Source of the DNA: Bacillus sp. (in: firmicutes)
GTDB taxonomy: Bacteria; Bacillota; Bacilli; Bacillales; Bacillaceae
DNA: 64,000 bases
Assembly (NCBI GenBank): GCA_031180805.1
Contig: JAPSLL010000013.1
Span: 144-64,143, forward strand
Direction of reading: 5' to 3'
Shown here: positions 17,580 through 32,073 of the stretch, piece by piece
Position numbering within the stretch: position 1 is the first letter of the stretch
Layout of the letters: each line of letters starts with the position of its first letter
Notes under the pieces: generated by a model
Seen by the model: only the letters and a program-made list of their open reading frames with translations
The model's database searches: none
Told to the model about the DNA's origin: nothing
Position numbers and translations under genes: made by a program

Positions 17580-19403
17580 ATGAATAGAGAAGAAAAACTA
17601 AAAAGGCAATCGAAAATCCGAAATTTCTCGATTATTGCTCATATTGATCACGGTAAATCAACATTAGCTGATCGTATTTTAGAAAAGACATCAGCTTTAA
17701 CGCAACGAGAAATGAAAAATCAATTACTAGATTCAATGGATTTAGAGAGAGAACGAGGAATAACAATAAAGTTAAATGCAGTTCAATTAAAATATAGAGC
17801 AAAAGATGGCGAGGACTATACGTTTCACTTAATTGATACACCTGGACACGTCGATTTCACTTATGAAGTTTCTCGAAGTCTTGCTGCATGTGAGGGGGCT
17901 GTCTTAGTTGTTGATGCTGCACAAGGGATTGAAGCACAAACGTTAGCAAACGTGTATTTAGCTCTTGATAACGATCTGGAAATTCTACCTGTTATTAATA
18001 AAATTGATTTGCCTAGTGCTGATCCGGAACGTGTTCGTAATGAAGTGGAAGAAGTAATTGGATTAGATGCTTCAGAAGCTGTGTTGGCGTCAGCGAAAGC
18101 AGGGATTGGTATTGAAGAAATACTAGAGCAAATAGTTGAAAAAGTACCAGCACCTGAAGGGGATCCAGAAGGGCCTTTAAAAGCGCTTATATTTGACTCA
18201 TTATATGATGCTTATCGAGGAGTCGTTGCATATATCCGAGTTATGGAAGGCTCTGTTAAAGTTGGTCAGAAAATAAAAATGATGGCAACTGGGAAAGAGT
18301 TTGAGGTAACTGAAGTAGGTGTATTTAATCCAAAACCAGTTCAATTAAAGGAACTTAATGTTGGAGATGTTGGATTTTTAACAGCGGCTATTAAAAATGT
18401 CGGAGATACTCGAGTCGGTGATACGATTACAGACGCAAAAAATGGCGCGACAGAACCACTTCCAGGCTACAGAAAGCTAAATCCGATGGTTTTTTGTGGA
18501 TTATACCCAATTGATACAGCAAAATACAATGATTTACGAGAAGCATTAGAAAAGCTTGAATTAAATGATTCGTCACTTCAATTTGAACCAGAAACATCGC
18601 AGGCGCTTGGCTTTGGTTTCCGATGTGGCTTTTTAGGTTTACTTCATATGGAAATAATACAAGAGCGAATTGAGCGTGAATTTAAAATTGACCTAATTAC
18701 AACTGCTCCTAGTGTTATTTATGACGTTCACTTAACAGATGGGGAAACATTAAAAGTTGATAATCCTTCAAATATGCCTGATCCACAAAAGATAGACCAT
18801 ATTGAAGAACCTTACGTAAAGGCCTCAATTATGGTGCCAAATGATTATGTTGGAGCAGTTATGGAGCTTTGTCAGAAAAAACGTGGTATTTTTATTGATA
18901 TGCAATATCTAGATGAAACACGGGTTAGCATTAATTATGAAATCCCACTTTCTGAAATTGTTTATGACTTCTTTGATCAATTAAAGTCAAATACAAAAGG
19001 CTATGCATCGTTTGATTATGAACTTATTGGATACAAATCTTCTTCATTAGTGAAAATGGATATATTATTAAATGGTGAAAAAATTGACGCACTATCGTTC
19101 ATCGTTCACCGTGATTCTGCTTATGACCGAGGGAAGAATATCGTTGAGAAATTAAAGGAATTAATTCCACGTCAACAATTCGAAGTCCCTATTCAAGCAG
19201 CTATCGGTCAAAAAATTGTAGCGAGATCTACAATAAAAGCAATGCGTAAAAACGTCCTTGCGAAATGTTATGGTGGAGATATATCTCGTAAACGTAAATT
19301 GTTAGAAAAACAAAAAGAAGGGAAAAAACGGATGAAGCAAGTTGGTTCGGTTGAAGTACCTCAAGAGGCGTTTATGGCCGTACTTCGAATGGACGAAAGC
19401 TAA
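17580..19403 (+). CDS. lepA: Translation elongation factor 4 (LepA)
   Basis: [28 protein letters not shown] and NKIDL motifs. [10 protein letters not shown] matches the expected N-terminus. The track start at 17409 is an in-frame upstream extension across the promoter. Confidence 0.96.
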   Translation: MNREEKLKRQSKIRNFSIIAHIDHGKSTLADRILEKTSALTQREMKNQLLDSMDLERERGITIKLNAVQLKYRAKDGEDYTFHLIDTPGHVDFTYEVSRSLAACEGAVLVVDAAQGIEAQTLANVYLALDNDLEILPVINKIDLPSADPERVRNEVEEVIGLDASEAVLASAKAGIGIEEILEQIVEKVPAPEGDPEGPLKALIFDSLYDAYRGVVAYIRVMEGSVKVGQKIKMMATGKEFEVTEVGVFNPKPVQLKELNVGDVGFLTAAIKNVGDTRVGDTITDAKNGATEPLPGYRKLNPMVFCGLYPIDTAKYNDLREALEKLELNDSSLQFEPETSQALGFGFRCGFLGLLHMEIIQERIEREFKIDLITTAPSVIYDVHLTDGETLKVDNPSNMPDPQKIDHIEEPYVKASIMVPNDYVGAVMELCQKKRGIFIDMQYLDETRVSINYEIPLSEIVYDFFDQLKSNTKGYASFDYELIGYKSSSLVKMDILLNGEKIDALSFIVHRDSAYDRGKNIVEKLKELIPRQQFEVPIQAAIGQKIVARSTIKAMRKNVLAKCYGGDISRKRKLLEKQKEGKKRMKQVGSVEVPQEAFMAVLRMDES

Positions 19404-19451
19404 AAAAGCTTAAAAGCTAGGTTTGTCCTAATTATTAATAGAATGGAACCA

Positions 19452-19482
19452 ATGCCGCAGCTGATAACTGCGGCATCTTAAT
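19452..19482 (+). terminator. Hairpin after lepA
   Basis: ATGCCGCAG ... CTGCGGCAT 9-bp stem. The U-run is weak. Confidence 0.4.
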
Positions 19483-19498
19483 TAGAGGGTGAAAATAA

Positions 19499-20638
19499 AT
19501 GATTAAATCAGCATACATCCATATCCCGTTTTGTCATCATATATGTCACTATTGTGACTTTAATAAAGTGTTTTTTAAACAACAACCAGTAGATGAATAT
19601 ATTGAAATGGTCATAAAAGAAATGCATGCTGCAAAGCATCATACGAGAGAACCTTTAAAAACAATTTTTATTGGTGGTGGAACACCTACTGCGTTAACAA
19701 CAAAGCAATTGGATCGCTTATTAGAAGGGATTCATCAAGAATTAATTATGTCAAATCATCTAATTGAATTTGCGGTTGAAGCTAATCCAGGTGAATTGAC
19801 CTTTGATAAACTAAAGGTTCTAAAAAATGCTGGAGTTAATCGGTTGAGTATCGGGGTTCAAAGCTTTAATGATGATTTATTACAGCGTATTGGTCGGGTT
19901 CATCGGAAAGAAGATGTTTTTCGTACGATAGAAGCTGCAGAAAAAGTAGGCTTCAATAATATGAGTATTGACTTAATGTATGGCTTGCCAGGACAATCAA
20001 TAGCTGACTTTAAGTCTTCGCTAGAAACAGCCTTTAAATTAAATATGAAGCATTTCTCGGCTTATTCACTAATAGTAGAACCAAAAACGGTGTTTTATAA
20101 TTTAATGCAAAAGGGAAAATTATCATTACCACCACAAGAGCATGAAGCGCAAATGTATGAAATTTCAATGGAAGAAATGGATAAGCACGGGTATAAGCAA
20201 TATGAAATTAGTAATTATGCCAAACCAGGCTTTGAAAGTCATCATAACCTTACCTATTGGAATAACGAGCATTATTATGGCTTTGGTGCAGGAGCTCATG
20301 GATATATTGATGGAATTCGTACATCAAATATTGGTCCAATAAAAAAATATATTGAACAAATACAACAAAGTGGTCAAGCTTATCAAAGTAATCACAAGGT
20401 AACCTTAGAAGAAAAAATAGAAGAAGAAATGTTCCTTGGTCTAAGAAAAATTGCAGGTGTCGATAAAGCGATTTTTTATAAAAAGTATGGCATCAAAATA
20501 GAAGACATTTTTGGTGAACAAGTGATGAAATTGGAGAAACAAGGGTTAATCTCAAACGAAGAAAATGCCGTTAAGCTTACACATAATGGAAAGCTTTTAG
20601 GGAATGAGGTTTTTCAAGAATTTTTGTCACTTTCTTAA
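19499..20638 (+). CDS. hemW: Radical SAM heme chaperone HemW (formerly annotated hemN/yqeR)
   Basis: YIHIPFCHHICHYCDF (CxxxCxxC), followed by the HemN_C-like region. Confidence 0.93.
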   Translation: MIKSAYIHIPFCHHICHYCDFNKVFFKQQPVDEYIEMVIKEMHAAKHHTREPLKTIFIGGGTPTALTTKQLDRLLEGIHQELIMSNHLIEFAVEANPGELTFDKLKVLKNAGVNRLSIGVQSFNDDLLQRIGRVHRKEDVFRTIEAAEKVGFNNMSIDLMYGLPGQSIADFKSSLETAFKLNMKHFSAYSLIVEPKTVFYNLMQKGKLSLPPQEHEAQMYEISMEEMDKHGYKQYEISNYAKPGFESHHNLTYWNNEHYYGFGAGAHGYIDGIRTSNIGPIKKYIEQIQQSGQAYQSNHKVTLEEKIEEEMFLGLRKIAGVDKAIFYKKYGIKIEDIFGEQVMKLEKQGLISNEENAVKLTHNGKLLGNEVFQEFLSLS

Positions 20639-20767
20639 AGGTTATTTTTTATAAGCTTGTTAGACATAGAGATATAATCTTGTTACGATGTTGAATGTAG
20701 TATTACTACTATTAATTCTCGGAAGATATTCTAGATAGCCTTTCTTTAGGATGCAACGATTTAATAA

Positions 20768-20796
20768 TTGACAATTTATTTAGGTTTTGATAACTT
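20768..20796 (+). promoter_or_regulatory. Candidate sigma-A promoter of the hrcA-dnaK operon
   Basis: TTGACA (20768-20773), 17-nt spacer containing TG, then TAACTT. CIRCE lies immediately downstream. Confidence 0.45.
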
Positions 20797-20807
20797 TTTA
20801 TATATAT

Positions 20808-20834
20808 TTAGCACTCGCACACATAGAGTGCTAA
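20808..20834 (+). promoter_or_regulatory. CIRCE operator (HrcA binding site)
   Basis: TTAGCACTC-N9-GAGTGCTAA is a perfect match to the consensus, 16 nt before the hrcA TTG start. Confidence 0.97.
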
Positions 20835-20849
20835 CAGAGGTGATGATAG

Positions 20850-21881
20850 TTGCTTACAGATCGCCAATTGTTGATTCTACAAGTAATTATTGATGATTTT
20901 ATTCACTCAGCTCAGCCTGTTGGTTCGAGAACATTAGCGAAAAAAAATGAAATTACTTTTAGTTCGGCTACAATTAGAAACGATATGGCTGATTTAGAAG
21001 ATTTGGGATTTATTGAGAAAACACATAGCTCTTCAGGGCGTGTCCCTTCGGAAAAGGGCTATCGTTATTATGTTGATCATCTGTTGTCACCGCAACGGCT
21101 GACAAAAACAGAAGTAAACCAAATAAAATCAATCTATGCAGAAAAAATATTTGAACTTGAAAAAGTTGTTCAAAAATCAGCTCAAATATTATCGGAATTA
21201 ACGAATTATACTTCGATCGTCCTTGGGCCAAAAGTGAAAGAAAATCGTTTGAAAAGAATTCAAATTGTCCCAATTAATAACGACACAGCAGTAGCGATTA
21301 TTGTAACAAATACAGGTCATGTAGAAAATCGGACTATTAGCTTTCCAGGAACACTTGATCCTTCAGATATTGAAAAAATGGTCAATATTCTTAATGAACG
21401 GCTAACTGGGGTACCGTTAGTTGAACTGCAAGACAAGATTTATAAAGAGGTTGTCTCTGTATTAAAGGATCACATTAAAAATTATGATATGATGTTAAAA
21501 ATTATGGCGGGTACTCTAAAGGTCAATCCAAGTGAAAAAATTTACTTTGGCGGTAAAACGAATATGTTAAGCCAGCCTGAATTTTCCGATATCAATAGAA
21601 TTCGTTCGTTACTTACAATGATTGAGCAAGAAAAAGAATTATATGGCCTTTTACAATCGAATAAAACAGGAATATCGATTAAAATTGGCAAGGAAAATGA
21701 TAATATAGCAATGGAAAATTGTAGTTTAATTACTGCAACTTATTCGCTTGGTGATAATCAATTAGGTACAATAGCTGTATTAGGTCCAACAAGGATGGAA
21801 TATTCACGAGTTATAAGCTTGTTAAATCACATGGCACATGATTTGTCGAAAACATTAACAGATTTGTATCATGGCTCATAA
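20850..21881 (+). CDS. hrcA: Heat-inducible transcription repressor HrcA
   Basis: [29 protein letters not shown]... is near-identical to B. subtilis HrcA. TTG start. Confidence 0.96.
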   Translation: MLTDRQLLILQVIIDDFIHSAQPVGSRTLAKKNEITFSSATIRNDMADLEDLGFIEKTHSSSGRVPSEKGYRYYVDHLLSPQRLTKTEVNQIKSIYAEKIFELEKVVQKSAQILSELTNYTSIVLGPKVKENRLKRIQIVPINNDTAVAIIVTNTGHVENRTISFPGTLDPSDIEKMVNILNERLTGVPLVELQDKIYKEVVSVLKDHIKNYDMMLKIMAGTLKVNPSEKIYFGGKTNMLSQPEFSDINRIRSLLTMIEQEKELYGLLQSNKTGISIKIGKENDNIAMENCSLITATYSLGDNQLGTIAVLGPTRMEYSRVISLLNHMAHDLSKTLTDLYHGS

Positions 21882-22041
21882 CGTTGGTTATTATGGGGAA
21901 GATGGGATAGATAAATTCTATCCCAAACAAACGATATCTTTGTTTAATGAGTATAAAGATTCTTTTTCGTTGAATGTTGTAGTTTTTAGCAAGCAACAAC
22001 AATGAAAAAAATATCAAAATCCTTTAAGGAGGTGAACAATT

Positions 22042-24506
<2,465 letters not shown>

Positions 24507-24517
24507 TTGTTCTTGTT

Positions 24518-24557
24518 AAAAAGTCAAAGTCAGGCTTGTCTTGGCTTTGACTTTTTT
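24518..24557 (+). terminator. Hairpin/partial terminator between dnaK and dnaJ
   Basis: AAAAAGTCAAAG ... CTTTGACTTTTTT. Confidence 0.7.
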
Positions 24558-24677
24558 AATGTGATTTTTTCAAGGAAATGACGTACAAATAGAGATACCT
24601 TAACAACAATTAGTTGCTAATAGACCAATGAGAGTGATACAATTTACCTTATGTGAGAAAATCGGGAGTGAGAAATT

Positions 24678-25799
24678 ATGAGCAAGCGTGATTACTATGA
24701 GGTACTTGGGTTAAGTAAGAACGCGTCAAAAGATGAGATAAAAAAAGCTTATCGTAAATTATCAAAACAATACCATCCTGATATAAATAAAGAAGCAGAT
24801 GCTGCTGATAAATTTAAGGAAATTAAAGAAGCTTATGAAACATTAAGTGATGACCAAAAGAAAGCCCACTATGATCAATTCGGTCATACAGATCCAAATC
24901 AAGGCTTTGGTGGCGGTGCTGGCTTTGGTGGAGATGGTTTTGGCTTTGAAGATATATTCAGCTCAATCTTTGGCGGTGGAACAAGACGACGTGACCCAAA
25001 TGCACCTCGGCAAGGTGCAGATTTACAATATACGATGACTCTCAATTTTGAAGAGGCTGTATTTGGTAAAGAAACGACTATTGAAATACCGAAGGAAGAA
25101 ACATGTGAGACATGTCATGGATCAGGAGCTCAAAAAGGCACAAAACCTGAAACCTGTTCACATTGTGGCGGAAGTGGTCAATTAAATGTTGAACAAAATA
25201 CTCCTTTTGGACGAATAGTAAATCGACGAGTTTGTCATCACTGTGAAGGTACAGGTAAAATCATTAAGCATAAATGTGGAACATGCCGTGGTACTGGTAA
25301 AGTGAAAAAACGCAAAAAAATCCAAGTGAAAATACCTGCTGGTGTTGACGATGGACAACAATTGCGTGTATCTGGACAAGGTGAACCAGGTGTAAATGGT
25401 GGACCTCCAGGTGATTTATATGTCGTATTCCATGTGAAAGAGCATGAGTTCTTTGAAAGAGATGGAGACGATATTTACTGTGAAATGCCATTAACGTTTG
25501 CACAGGCAGCTTTAGGTGATGAAATTGAAGTTCCTACACTACATGGGAAAGTTAAACTAAAAGTGCCTTCTGGAACGCAAACTGGAAAGAAATTCCGCTT
25601 ATCAGGAAAAGGTGTTCCGAATGTTCGTGGATATGGACAGGGTGATCAATACGTCATTTTACGAGTATTAACACCGACAAACCTAACCGAGAAACAAAAG
25701 GATTTATTACGTGAATTTGCTGAAATAAGTGGCTCAAAGCCTGATGAACATGAAGAAAGCTTTTTCGATAAAGTAAAGCGAGCTTTTAAAGGTGAATAA
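24678..25799 (+). CDS. dnaJ: Co-chaperone DnaJ
   Basis: J domain with HPD, a G/F-rich linker, and four CxxCxGxG zinc repeats. Confidence 0.98.
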   Translation: MSKRDYYEVLGLSKNASKDEIKKAYRKLSKQYHPDINKEADAADKFKEIKEAYETLSDDQKKAHYDQFGHTDPNQGFGGGAGFGGDGFGFEDIFSSIFGGGTRRRDPNAPRQGADLQYTMTLNFEEAVFGKETTIEIPKEETCETCHGSGAQKGTKPETCSHCGGSGQLNVEQNTPFGRIVNRRVCHHCEGTGKIIKHKCGTCRGTGKVKKRKKIQVKIPAGVDDGQQLRVSGQGEPGVNGGPPGDLYVVFHVKEHEFFERDGDDIYCEMPLTFAQAALGDEIEVPTLHGKVKLKVPSGTQTGKKFRLSGKGVPNVRGYGQGDQYVILRVLTPTNLTEKQKDLLREFAEISGSKPDEHEESFFDKVKRAFKGE

Positions 25800-25835
25800 G
25801 AATATTATTAGATAAGGATTGGAGAGTTGGTAGAT

Positions 25836-26774
25836 ATGAAGTGGTCAGAATTTAGTATCCATACAACACAAGAAGCGGTAGAACCCATTTCAAATATTTT
25901 ACATGAGGCAGGAGCTAGTGGTGTCGTAATTGAGGATATTGCTGATTTATTCAAAGAGCGAAGTACAGAACTCGGAGAAATCTACCAACTAAATCCAACT
26001 GATTATCCCGAAGAAGGGGTAATTATCAAAGCTTACTTACCAGTAAACAGCTTCTTAGGAGAGACGGTTGAAGCGATTAAAGCTTCCATCAATAACTTGT
26101 TAATATATGATATTGATTTAGGTCGAAATCATGTAACCATTAGTGAGGTAAATGAAGAGGAATGGGCAACTGCTTGGAAAAAATATTACCATCCAGTGAA
26201 GATTTCAGAAAAATTCACAATCGTTCCGACATGGGAAATTTATGAACCGGTTAGTTCAGACGAGCTTATTATCGAACTTGATCCAGGAATGGCATTTGGC
26301 ACGGGGACACATCCGACAACAGTACTATGTATTCAAGCATTAGAGGATACAGTTAAAAAAGGTGATAAAGTCATTGATGTTGGAACAGGCTCTGGTGTAT
26401 TAAGCATTGCAGCTGGGTTACTTGGTGCTAAACAGGTAGTAGCACTTGATTTAGACCAGGTCGCTGTTGAAAGTGCGCGTTTAAATTGCAAGTTAAACAA
26501 AGTACAAAATGTAGTAACTGTTTCACAAAATAATTTGTTAGACGGTATCGAGGGACCGGTTGATTTAATCGTATCTAATATTCTTGCCGAAATTATTGTT
26601 AGGTTTATTGATAAAGCTTATGAAACACTAAAAGTAAACGGAACTTTTATTACTTCTGGTATTATTCAAAATAAAAAGCAAGAAGTAAAGGATGCGTTGA
26701 TGAAAGCAGGTTTTATTATCGAGGAAACAATGGTCATGGAAGATTGGGTAGCGTTTATTGCAAAGAAAAAATAG
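25836..26774 (+). CDS. prmA: Ribosomal protein L11 methyltransferase
   Basis: [14 protein letters not shown] and [15 protein letters not shown] motifs. The ATG at 25836 matches the family N-terminus MKWSE. Confidence 0.95.
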   Translation: MKWSEFSIHTTQEAVEPISNILHEAGASGVVIEDIADLFKERSTELGEIYQLNPTDYPEEGVIIKAYLPVNSFLGETVEAIKASINNLLIYDIDLGRNHVTISEVNEEEWATAWKKYYHPVKISEKFTIVPTWEIYEPVSSDELIIELDPGMAFGTGTHPTTVLCIQALEDTVKKGDKVIDVGTGSGVLSIAAGLLGAKQVVALDLDQVAVESARLNCKLNKVQNVVTVSQNNLLDGIEGPVDLIVSNILAEIIVRFIDKAYETLKVNGTFITSGIIQNKKQEVKDALMKAGFIIEETMVMEDWVAFIAKKK

Positions 26775-26798
26775 TTTTTTCTATTTAAGGTGAATGTC

Positions 26799-27554
26799 AT
26801 GCAAAGATATTTTATAAATAATAACAAATCAGAAATAACCTCTAATATTCAAATAACTGGTGATGACGTACATCATATTTCACGTGTCCTTCGTATGACA
26901 CCGGGGAATAAAATTGTATGTTGTACAAAAGATGGATATGAAGCTCTATGTGAAATTGCTGAAATTACCAGTGATCAAGTGAACTGTTTTATATTAGAAT
27001 GGATGACAGTTAATCGTGAGTTACCTGTTTCTATTTCCATTGCGAGCGGGTTGCCTAAAGGGGATAAGCTTGAATGGATTATCCAAAAGGGCACCGAATT
27101 AGGTGCTTCTTCCTTTATCCCTTTTAATGCTGCCCGTTCTATTGTGAAAATTGAAGATAAAAAGGTTCAAAAAAAGCTTGAACGTTGGCAAAAGATAGCA
27201 AAGGAAGCGTCAGAACAATCATATCGGAATAAGGTACCAAATGTTTCTGATCCTTTGCAATTTAATCGATTATTAGAGATCTCTAAAAACTACGATGTAA
27301 AAATCGTTGCATACGAAGAAACAGCTAAACAAGGTGAAAGCAAGAATCTTGCTAAATCGCTTTCTGCTTTAGAAGAAGGTGGATCATTAATTGCTGTATT
27401 TGGTCCAGAAGGTGGATTAACGGAAAAGGAAGTAGCAAGTCTTGAAGAGATAGGTTTTGTAACCTGTAGCTTTGGACCTAGAATTTTAAGAACTGAAACA
27501 GCCCCTTTATATTTATTATCAGCTGTTTCTTATTATTTCGAACTATCGAGGTGA
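26799..27554 (+). CDS. rsmE: 16S rRNA (uracil1498-N3)-methyltransferase RsmE (YqeU)
   Basis: MQRYFI N-terminus, with GLPKGDKLEWIIQKGTELGA and GPEGG motifs. Confidence 0.94.
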   Translation: MQRYFINNNKSEITSNIQITGDDVHHISRVLRMTPGNKIVCCTKDGYEALCEIAEITSDQVNCFILEWMTVNRELPVSISIASGLPKGDKLEWIIQKGTELGASSFIPFNAARSIVKIEDKKVQKKLERWQKIAKEASEQSYRNKVPNVSDPLQFNRLLEISKNYDVKIVAYEETAKQGESKNLAKSLSALEEGGSLIAVFGPEGGLTEKEVASLEEIGFVTCSFGPRILRTETAPLYLLSAVSYYFELSR

Positions 27555-27558
27555 GAAC

Positions 27559-28920
27559 ATGCCTACAGTTGCATTCCATACTTTAGGGTGTAAGGTAAAT
27601 CATTATGAAACAGAAGCTATATGGCAATTGTTTAAAGAAGCAGGCTATGAAAGAACGGATTTTGAACGAATTGCTGATGTGTATGTAATTAATACTTGTA
27701 CTGTTACAAATACAGGTGATAAGAAAAGTCGTCAAGTTATCCGTAGAGCGATCCGGAAAAACCCAGATGGTGTTATTTGTGTAACAGGTTGTTACGCTCA
27801 AACATCTCCTGCGGAAATTATGGCAATTCCAGGAGTAGACATAGTTGTTGGTACCCAAGATCGTGTGAAAATGTTGGAATATATTGAGCAATATAAACAG
27901 GAACGCCAACCAATAAATGGCGTGCGAAACATCATGAAAACAAGAGTATACGAAGAGCTTGATGTTCCTGATTTCACAGACCGTACAAGAGCTTCGTTAA
28001 AAATTCAAGAGGGTTGTAACAATTTTTGTACGTTTTGCATTATTCCTTGGGCTCGTGGTTTAATGCGTTCAAGAGATCCGAAGGAAGTTGTTTCACAAGC
28101 AAAACAATTAGTACAAGCTGGTTATAAAGAAATTGTATTGACAGGAATTCATACTGGTGGATATGGGGAAGATTTAAAGGATTATAACCTGGCAATGCTT
28201 TTACGTGACTTAGAAGAGCAAGTGGATGGCTTAAAACGGATACGTATTTCTTCAATTGAAGCTAGCCAAATTTCTGATGAGGTCATTGAAGTATTAAAGA
28301 ATTCTAAAAAAGTGGTTAGACACCTTCATATTCCAATTCAATCAGGATCTGATACAGTGTTAAAACGAATGCGCAGAAAATATACAATGGAATTTTTTGC
28401 GGAAAGAATTGAACGCCTAAAAGAGGCATTACCTGGATTAGCAATTACTTCTGATGTCATTGTTGGCTTTCCTGGTGAGACTGAAGAGGAATTTATGGAA
28501 ACGTATAATTTTATTCAAAAACATAAATTTTCAGAGCTACATGTTTTCCCATATTCCAAACGTACAGGTACTCCTGCGGCAAGAATGGATGATCAGGTTG
28601 ACGAAGAAATTAAAAATGATCGTGTACATCAACTCATCCAATTATCTGACCAACTAGCTAAAGAATATGCTTCTAAATTTGAAGATGAAGTATTGGAAGT
28701 AATTCCAGAGGAACGTTATAAAGAGGAAGAAAATGATGATTTATTTGTAGGGTATACAGATAATTATTTAAAAGTTGTTTTCCAAGCGACTGAGGAAATG
28801 ATTGGAAAAATAGTGAAAGTGAAAATTTCAAAAGCTGGATATCCATATAATGAAGGACAATTTGTTAGAGTTGTTGATGATTCATTTGATACATTATCTC
28901 AGGTTCGTTTATCTTCATAA
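27559..28920 (+). CDS. mtaB: tRNA t6A37 methylthiotransferase MtaB (YqeV)
   Basis: UPF0004 N-domain (TLGCKVNHYE), radical SAM CNNFCTFCIIP, and a C-terminal TRAM domain. Confidence 0.95.
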   Translation: MPTVAFHTLGCKVNHYETEAIWQLFKEAGYERTDFERIADVYVINTCTVTNTGDKKSRQVIRRAIRKNPDGVICVTGCYAQTSPAEIMAIPGVDIVVGTQDRVKMLEYIEQYKQERQPINGVRNIMKTRVYEELDVPDFTDRTRASLKIQEGCNNFCTFCIIPWARGLMRSRDPKEVVSQAKQLVQAGYKEIVLTGIHTGGYGEDLKDYNLAMLLRDLEEQVDGLKRIRISSIEASQISDEVIEVLKNSKKVVRHLHIPIQSGSDTVLKRMRRKYTMEFFAERIERLKEALPGLAITSDVIVGFPGETEEEFMETYNFIQKHKFSELHVFPYSKRTGTPAARMDDQVDEEIKNDRVHQLIQLSDQLAKEYASKFEDEVLEVIPEERYKEEENDDLFVGYTDNYLKVVFQATEEMIGKIVKVKISKAGYPYNEGQFVRVVDDSFDTLSQVRLSS

Positions 28921-29047
28921 GTGTATATAAAGGATTGGTGATATTAATCATCAGTCCTTTATTTATGTGGAGTACCTTGGATTTCGTATTCATTAATGAT
29001 AAGATGTTAGAAGTCAGACATCTTAACAAATGAAAGGAGATATACAT

Positions 29048-29716
29048 ATGGTAAATATAGCAAATATGATTGATCACACTGCGCTAAAAGCTGATACAAC
29101 TGCCGCTGCAATTAAGCAGCTTTGTGAGGAAGCAAAAGAATATCATTTTGCATCTGTATGTGTTAACCCAACTTGGGTAAAGAAAGCTGCTGAATTACTT
29201 CATGGGAGTGACGTAAAGGTTTGTACGGTAATCGGCTTCCCATTAGGAGCATCTACTACTGAAACAAAGGCTTTTGAAACAAAGGATGCTATTGAAAAGG
29301 GTGCAACAGAAGTTGATATGGTTATTAATATCGGTGCTCTAAAGGATAAAAATGATGACTTAGTGGAACGTGATATTAAAGCTGTAGTTGATGCAGCAAG
29401 AGGAAAAGCACTAACAAAGGTAATTATAGAAACAAGCTTGTTAACAGAAGAAGAAAAAATACGTGCCTGTCAACTTGCAGTAAAGGCAGGCGCAGATTTT
29501 GTAAAAACATCTACAGGATTTTCTACCGGTGGTGCGACAACAGAAGATATCAGTCTAATGCGCAGAATCGTTGGAGAAGGAATTGGTGTAAAAGCTTCTG
29601 GAGGAGTTAGAGATACGGCTGGTGCCGAAGCAATGATTAAAGCAGGGGCTACTAGAATAGGTGCTAGTTCAGGGGTATCGATTGTAAAAGGTGAAACGTC
29701 AAATTCAGATTATTAA
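29048..29716 (+). CDS. deoC: Deoxyribose-phosphate aldolase
   Basis: [31 protein letters not shown] (Schiff-base Lys) and KASGGVR motifs. The ATG at 29048 follows AAAGGAG. Confidence 0.93.
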   Translation: MVNIANMIDHTALKADTTAAAIKQLCEEAKEYHFASVCVNPTWVKKAAELLHGSDVKVCTVIGFPLGASTTETKAFETKDAIEKGATEVDMVINIGALKDKNDDLVERDIKAVVDAARGKALTKVIIETSLLTEEEKIRACQLAVKAGADFVKTSTGFSTGGATTEDISLMRRIVGEGIGVKASGGVRDTAGAEAMIKAGATRIGASSGVSIVKGETSNSDY

Positions 29717-29823
29717 TAAGGTAAATAAAGCGAAAAATATCGATACAAACAGTTAAATTCGGAGCAATAGTATATATTATATAAAATAAACAACATTTAA
29801 CACGGATCTTTTTACTATATGAG

Positions 29824-29852
29824 TTGACCTTAATAATTCATTATATTATAAT
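29824..29852 (+). promoter_or_regulatory. Candidate sigma-A promoter of rpsU-yqeY
   Basis: TTGACC (29824-29829), 17-nt spacer, TATAAT (29847-29852). Confidence 0.55.
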
Positions 29853-29930
29853 TGCAAAGTACATGTTATCTTTTAAGACATGTTTTATTTAAAGATGTCG
29901 ATTGGTTGTATTCGGAGGGAGGGAAAGAGA

Positions 29931-30104
29931 ATGTCAAAAACGGTCGTTCGTAAAAACGAGTCGCTTGAAGATGCTCTTCGTCGTTTCAAACGTACTGTAT
30001 CTAAAAGTGGTACAATACAAGAAGCAAGAAAGCGCGAATTCTATGAAAAGCCTAGCGTAAAGCGTAAGAAAAAGTCTGAAGCAGCTAGAAAGCGCAAATT
30101 CTAA
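29931..30104 (+). CDS. rpsU: 30S ribosomal protein S21
   Basis: [21 protein letters not shown]... is canonical S21. GGAGGGAGGG SD. The track start at 29880 is too long. Confidence 0.97.
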   Translation: MSKTVVRKNESLEDALRRFKRTVSKSGTIQEARKREFYEKPSVKRKKKSEAARKRKF

Positions 30105-30118
30105 AAGAGGGTGTACTT

Positions 30119-30565
30119 ATGAGTCTTCTTGAGCAATTGAATCAAGATATGAAACAAGCGATGAAAAATAAAGAAAAAGACAAGTTAATTGTCATTCGAA
30201 TGGTCAAGGCTGCGTTGCAAAATGAAGCAATAAAACTTGGCAAAAATGAATTGTCGGAAGAAGATGAATTGACAGTTCTTTCTCGCGAATTAAAACAACG
30301 TAAAGACTCCCTCCAGGAATTTAAAAATGCTGATCGTTTGGACTTAGTTGAAAAAACACAAGCGGAAATCGATATTTTAGTCGATTATATGCCTGAACAG
30401 CTTTCTGAAGAAGAAGTATCGGAAATTGTTAAACAAACAATTGTAGAAGTAAATGCTACTTCTAAAGCAGATATGGGGAAAGTTATGGGAGCACTTATGC
30501 CCAAGGTGAAGGGAAAAGCAGACGGAAGTCTTGTTAATAAACTTGTGTTAAAACAGCTATCATAA
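30119..30565 (+). CDS. yqeY: GatB/YqeY domain protein
   Basis: [11 protein letters not shown] ... [11 protein letters not shown] family pattern. Follows rpsU as in B. subtilis. Confidence 0.93.
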   Translation: MSLLEQLNQDMKQAMKNKEKDKLIVIRMVKAALQNEAIKLGKNELSEEDELTVLSRELKQRKDSLQEFKNADRLDLVEKTQAEIDILVDYMPEQLSEEEVSEIVKQTIVEVNATSKADMGKVMGALMPKVKGKADGSLVNKLVLKQLS

Positions 30566-30571
30566 AATAAT

Positions 30572-30602
30572 AAAACACCTTGCTATGCAAGGTGTTTTTT
30601 AT
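30572..30602 (+). terminator. Terminator after yqeY
   Basis: AAAACACCTTGC..GCAAGGTGTTTTTT. Confidence 0.9.
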
Positions 30603-30720
30603 TTTATAATCTAATGGAAATTTTCACAAAGTATCCTTTTTTATAAAAAAATGAAACTATCCTTATTTATAAACGTATTACATATTACATAAGTCAAAGG
30701 AGGAAGGAGGGAGAAATTAG

Positions 30721-32037
30721 TTGAGAAAACCCTTTTATCAGTTTTTATTTACTTTTGCAATTATTCTTGCTCTTTTCAATAGTTCACAATCTATCATAAA
30801 GGCTGATACTGGAAATGGAGTATTTGTCATTAAACTAGAAGGTACTGTAGAAAAAGGATTGTCACATTATATTAAAAAAGGAATTTCTGAGGCAAAATCA
30901 AACAATGTAAACCATATTGTATTAGAAATAGATACATTAGGTGGGGAGGTTGACGCAGCATTAGAAATAGCAGATTCACTCCGGGCTAGTGATATACCGA
31001 TAACTGCTTTTATTAATAAAAGGGCTATCTCAGCGGGGGCATATATTGCCTTAAATGCAGATGACATTTATATGGCTCCTGGGAGTAAGATCGGTTCTGC
31101 TGCGATAATTACTGGCGATGGTAATGCGGCAGATGATAAATCACAATCATTATGGTTGGCTGAGATGAAGGAAGCCGCGGAACATAACGGCAGAGACCCT
31201 AAGTTTGCTTTAGCAATGGTAGATAAGGAAATTGATTTACCTGAATATGGTGCAGCAAAAGGGGATTTACTAACACTTGAGACTAAACAAGCTAAAGATG
31301 TTGGTTATTCTGAAGGAACTGTCGAAAATATCCATGAACTTTTGGAGAAAAAGAAATTATCAACTGATGCAATTACTTATGCAGATGAGGGGTTAGCTGT
31401 TAAGATCGCTCGATTTTTAACTAACCCAGTAGTTGTACCGATATTATTATCGATCGGAAGCCTAGGTTTAGTTGCAGAATTATATTCACCAGGGTTTGGA
31501 TTACCAGGGATCACAGGTTTAACTTCTTTACTGTTATTTTTTTATGGTCACTATGTAGCAGGATTAGCTGGAATGGAGGCAATTGTCTTTTTCGTATTAG
31601 GGATTGCTTTTATCGTTGCAGAATTTTTTGTTCCTGGTGGTATACTAGGTGTATTAGGATTAGCAGGTATTGTTGCAAGCCTTTATATTGCTTCAGGAAA
31701 TGTTATGAATATGACAATTTCATTATTGATTGCTTTTGTAATTGCAATCGTAGCATCTATTTTATTAGTAAAGGTGTTTGGAAAGCGTATGAAACTGTTT
31801 AATAAATTTATCTTGCGTGACTCTACAAATACTGAAAATGGCTATGTCTCAAATAAGTCAAGAATTGATTTAATTGGAAAAGAAGGTACTGCATTGACGA
31901 TATTAAGACCGTCTGGTACAGCTCGCATTTTAGATGAACGATTAGATGTTGTATCAGAAGGGACTTATATAGAAAAAGGGCAAAAGATTAAGGTAGTGAA
32001 AGTTGAAGGCTCGCGTATCGTTGTAAGAGAAATTTAA
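30721..32037 (+). CDS. yqeZ: NfeD-family membrane-bound ClpP-class serine protease (YqeZ)
   Basis: Signal peptide, ClpP-like domain (ISAGAYIAL), TM block, and a C-terminal NfeD OB domain. Precedes the flotillin gene. TTG start after AGGAGGGAG. Confidence 0.9.
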   Translation: MRKPFYQFLFTFAIILALFNSSQSIIKADTGNGVFVIKLEGTVEKGLSHYIKKGISEAKSNNVNHIVLEIDTLGGEVDAALEIADSLRASDIPITAFINKRAISAGAYIALNADDIYMAPGSKIGSAAIITGDGNAADDKSQSLWLAEMKEAAEHNGRDPKFALAMVDKEIDLPEYGAAKGDLLTLETKQAKDVGYSEGTVENIHELLEKKKLSTDAITYADEGLAVKIARFLTNPVVVPILLSIGSLGLVAELYSPGFGLPGITGLTSLLLFFYGHYVAGLAGMEAIVFFVLGIAFIVAEFFVPGGILGVLGLAGIVASLYIASGNVMNMTISLLIAFVIAIVASILLVKVFGKRMKLFNKFILRDSTNTENGYVSNKSRIDLIGKEGTALTILRPSGTARILDERLDVVSEGTYIEKGQKIKVVKVEGSRIVVREI

Positions 32038-32073
32038 CATTGGAAGAAAATAAAAACAAGTTGGAGGTTCATA

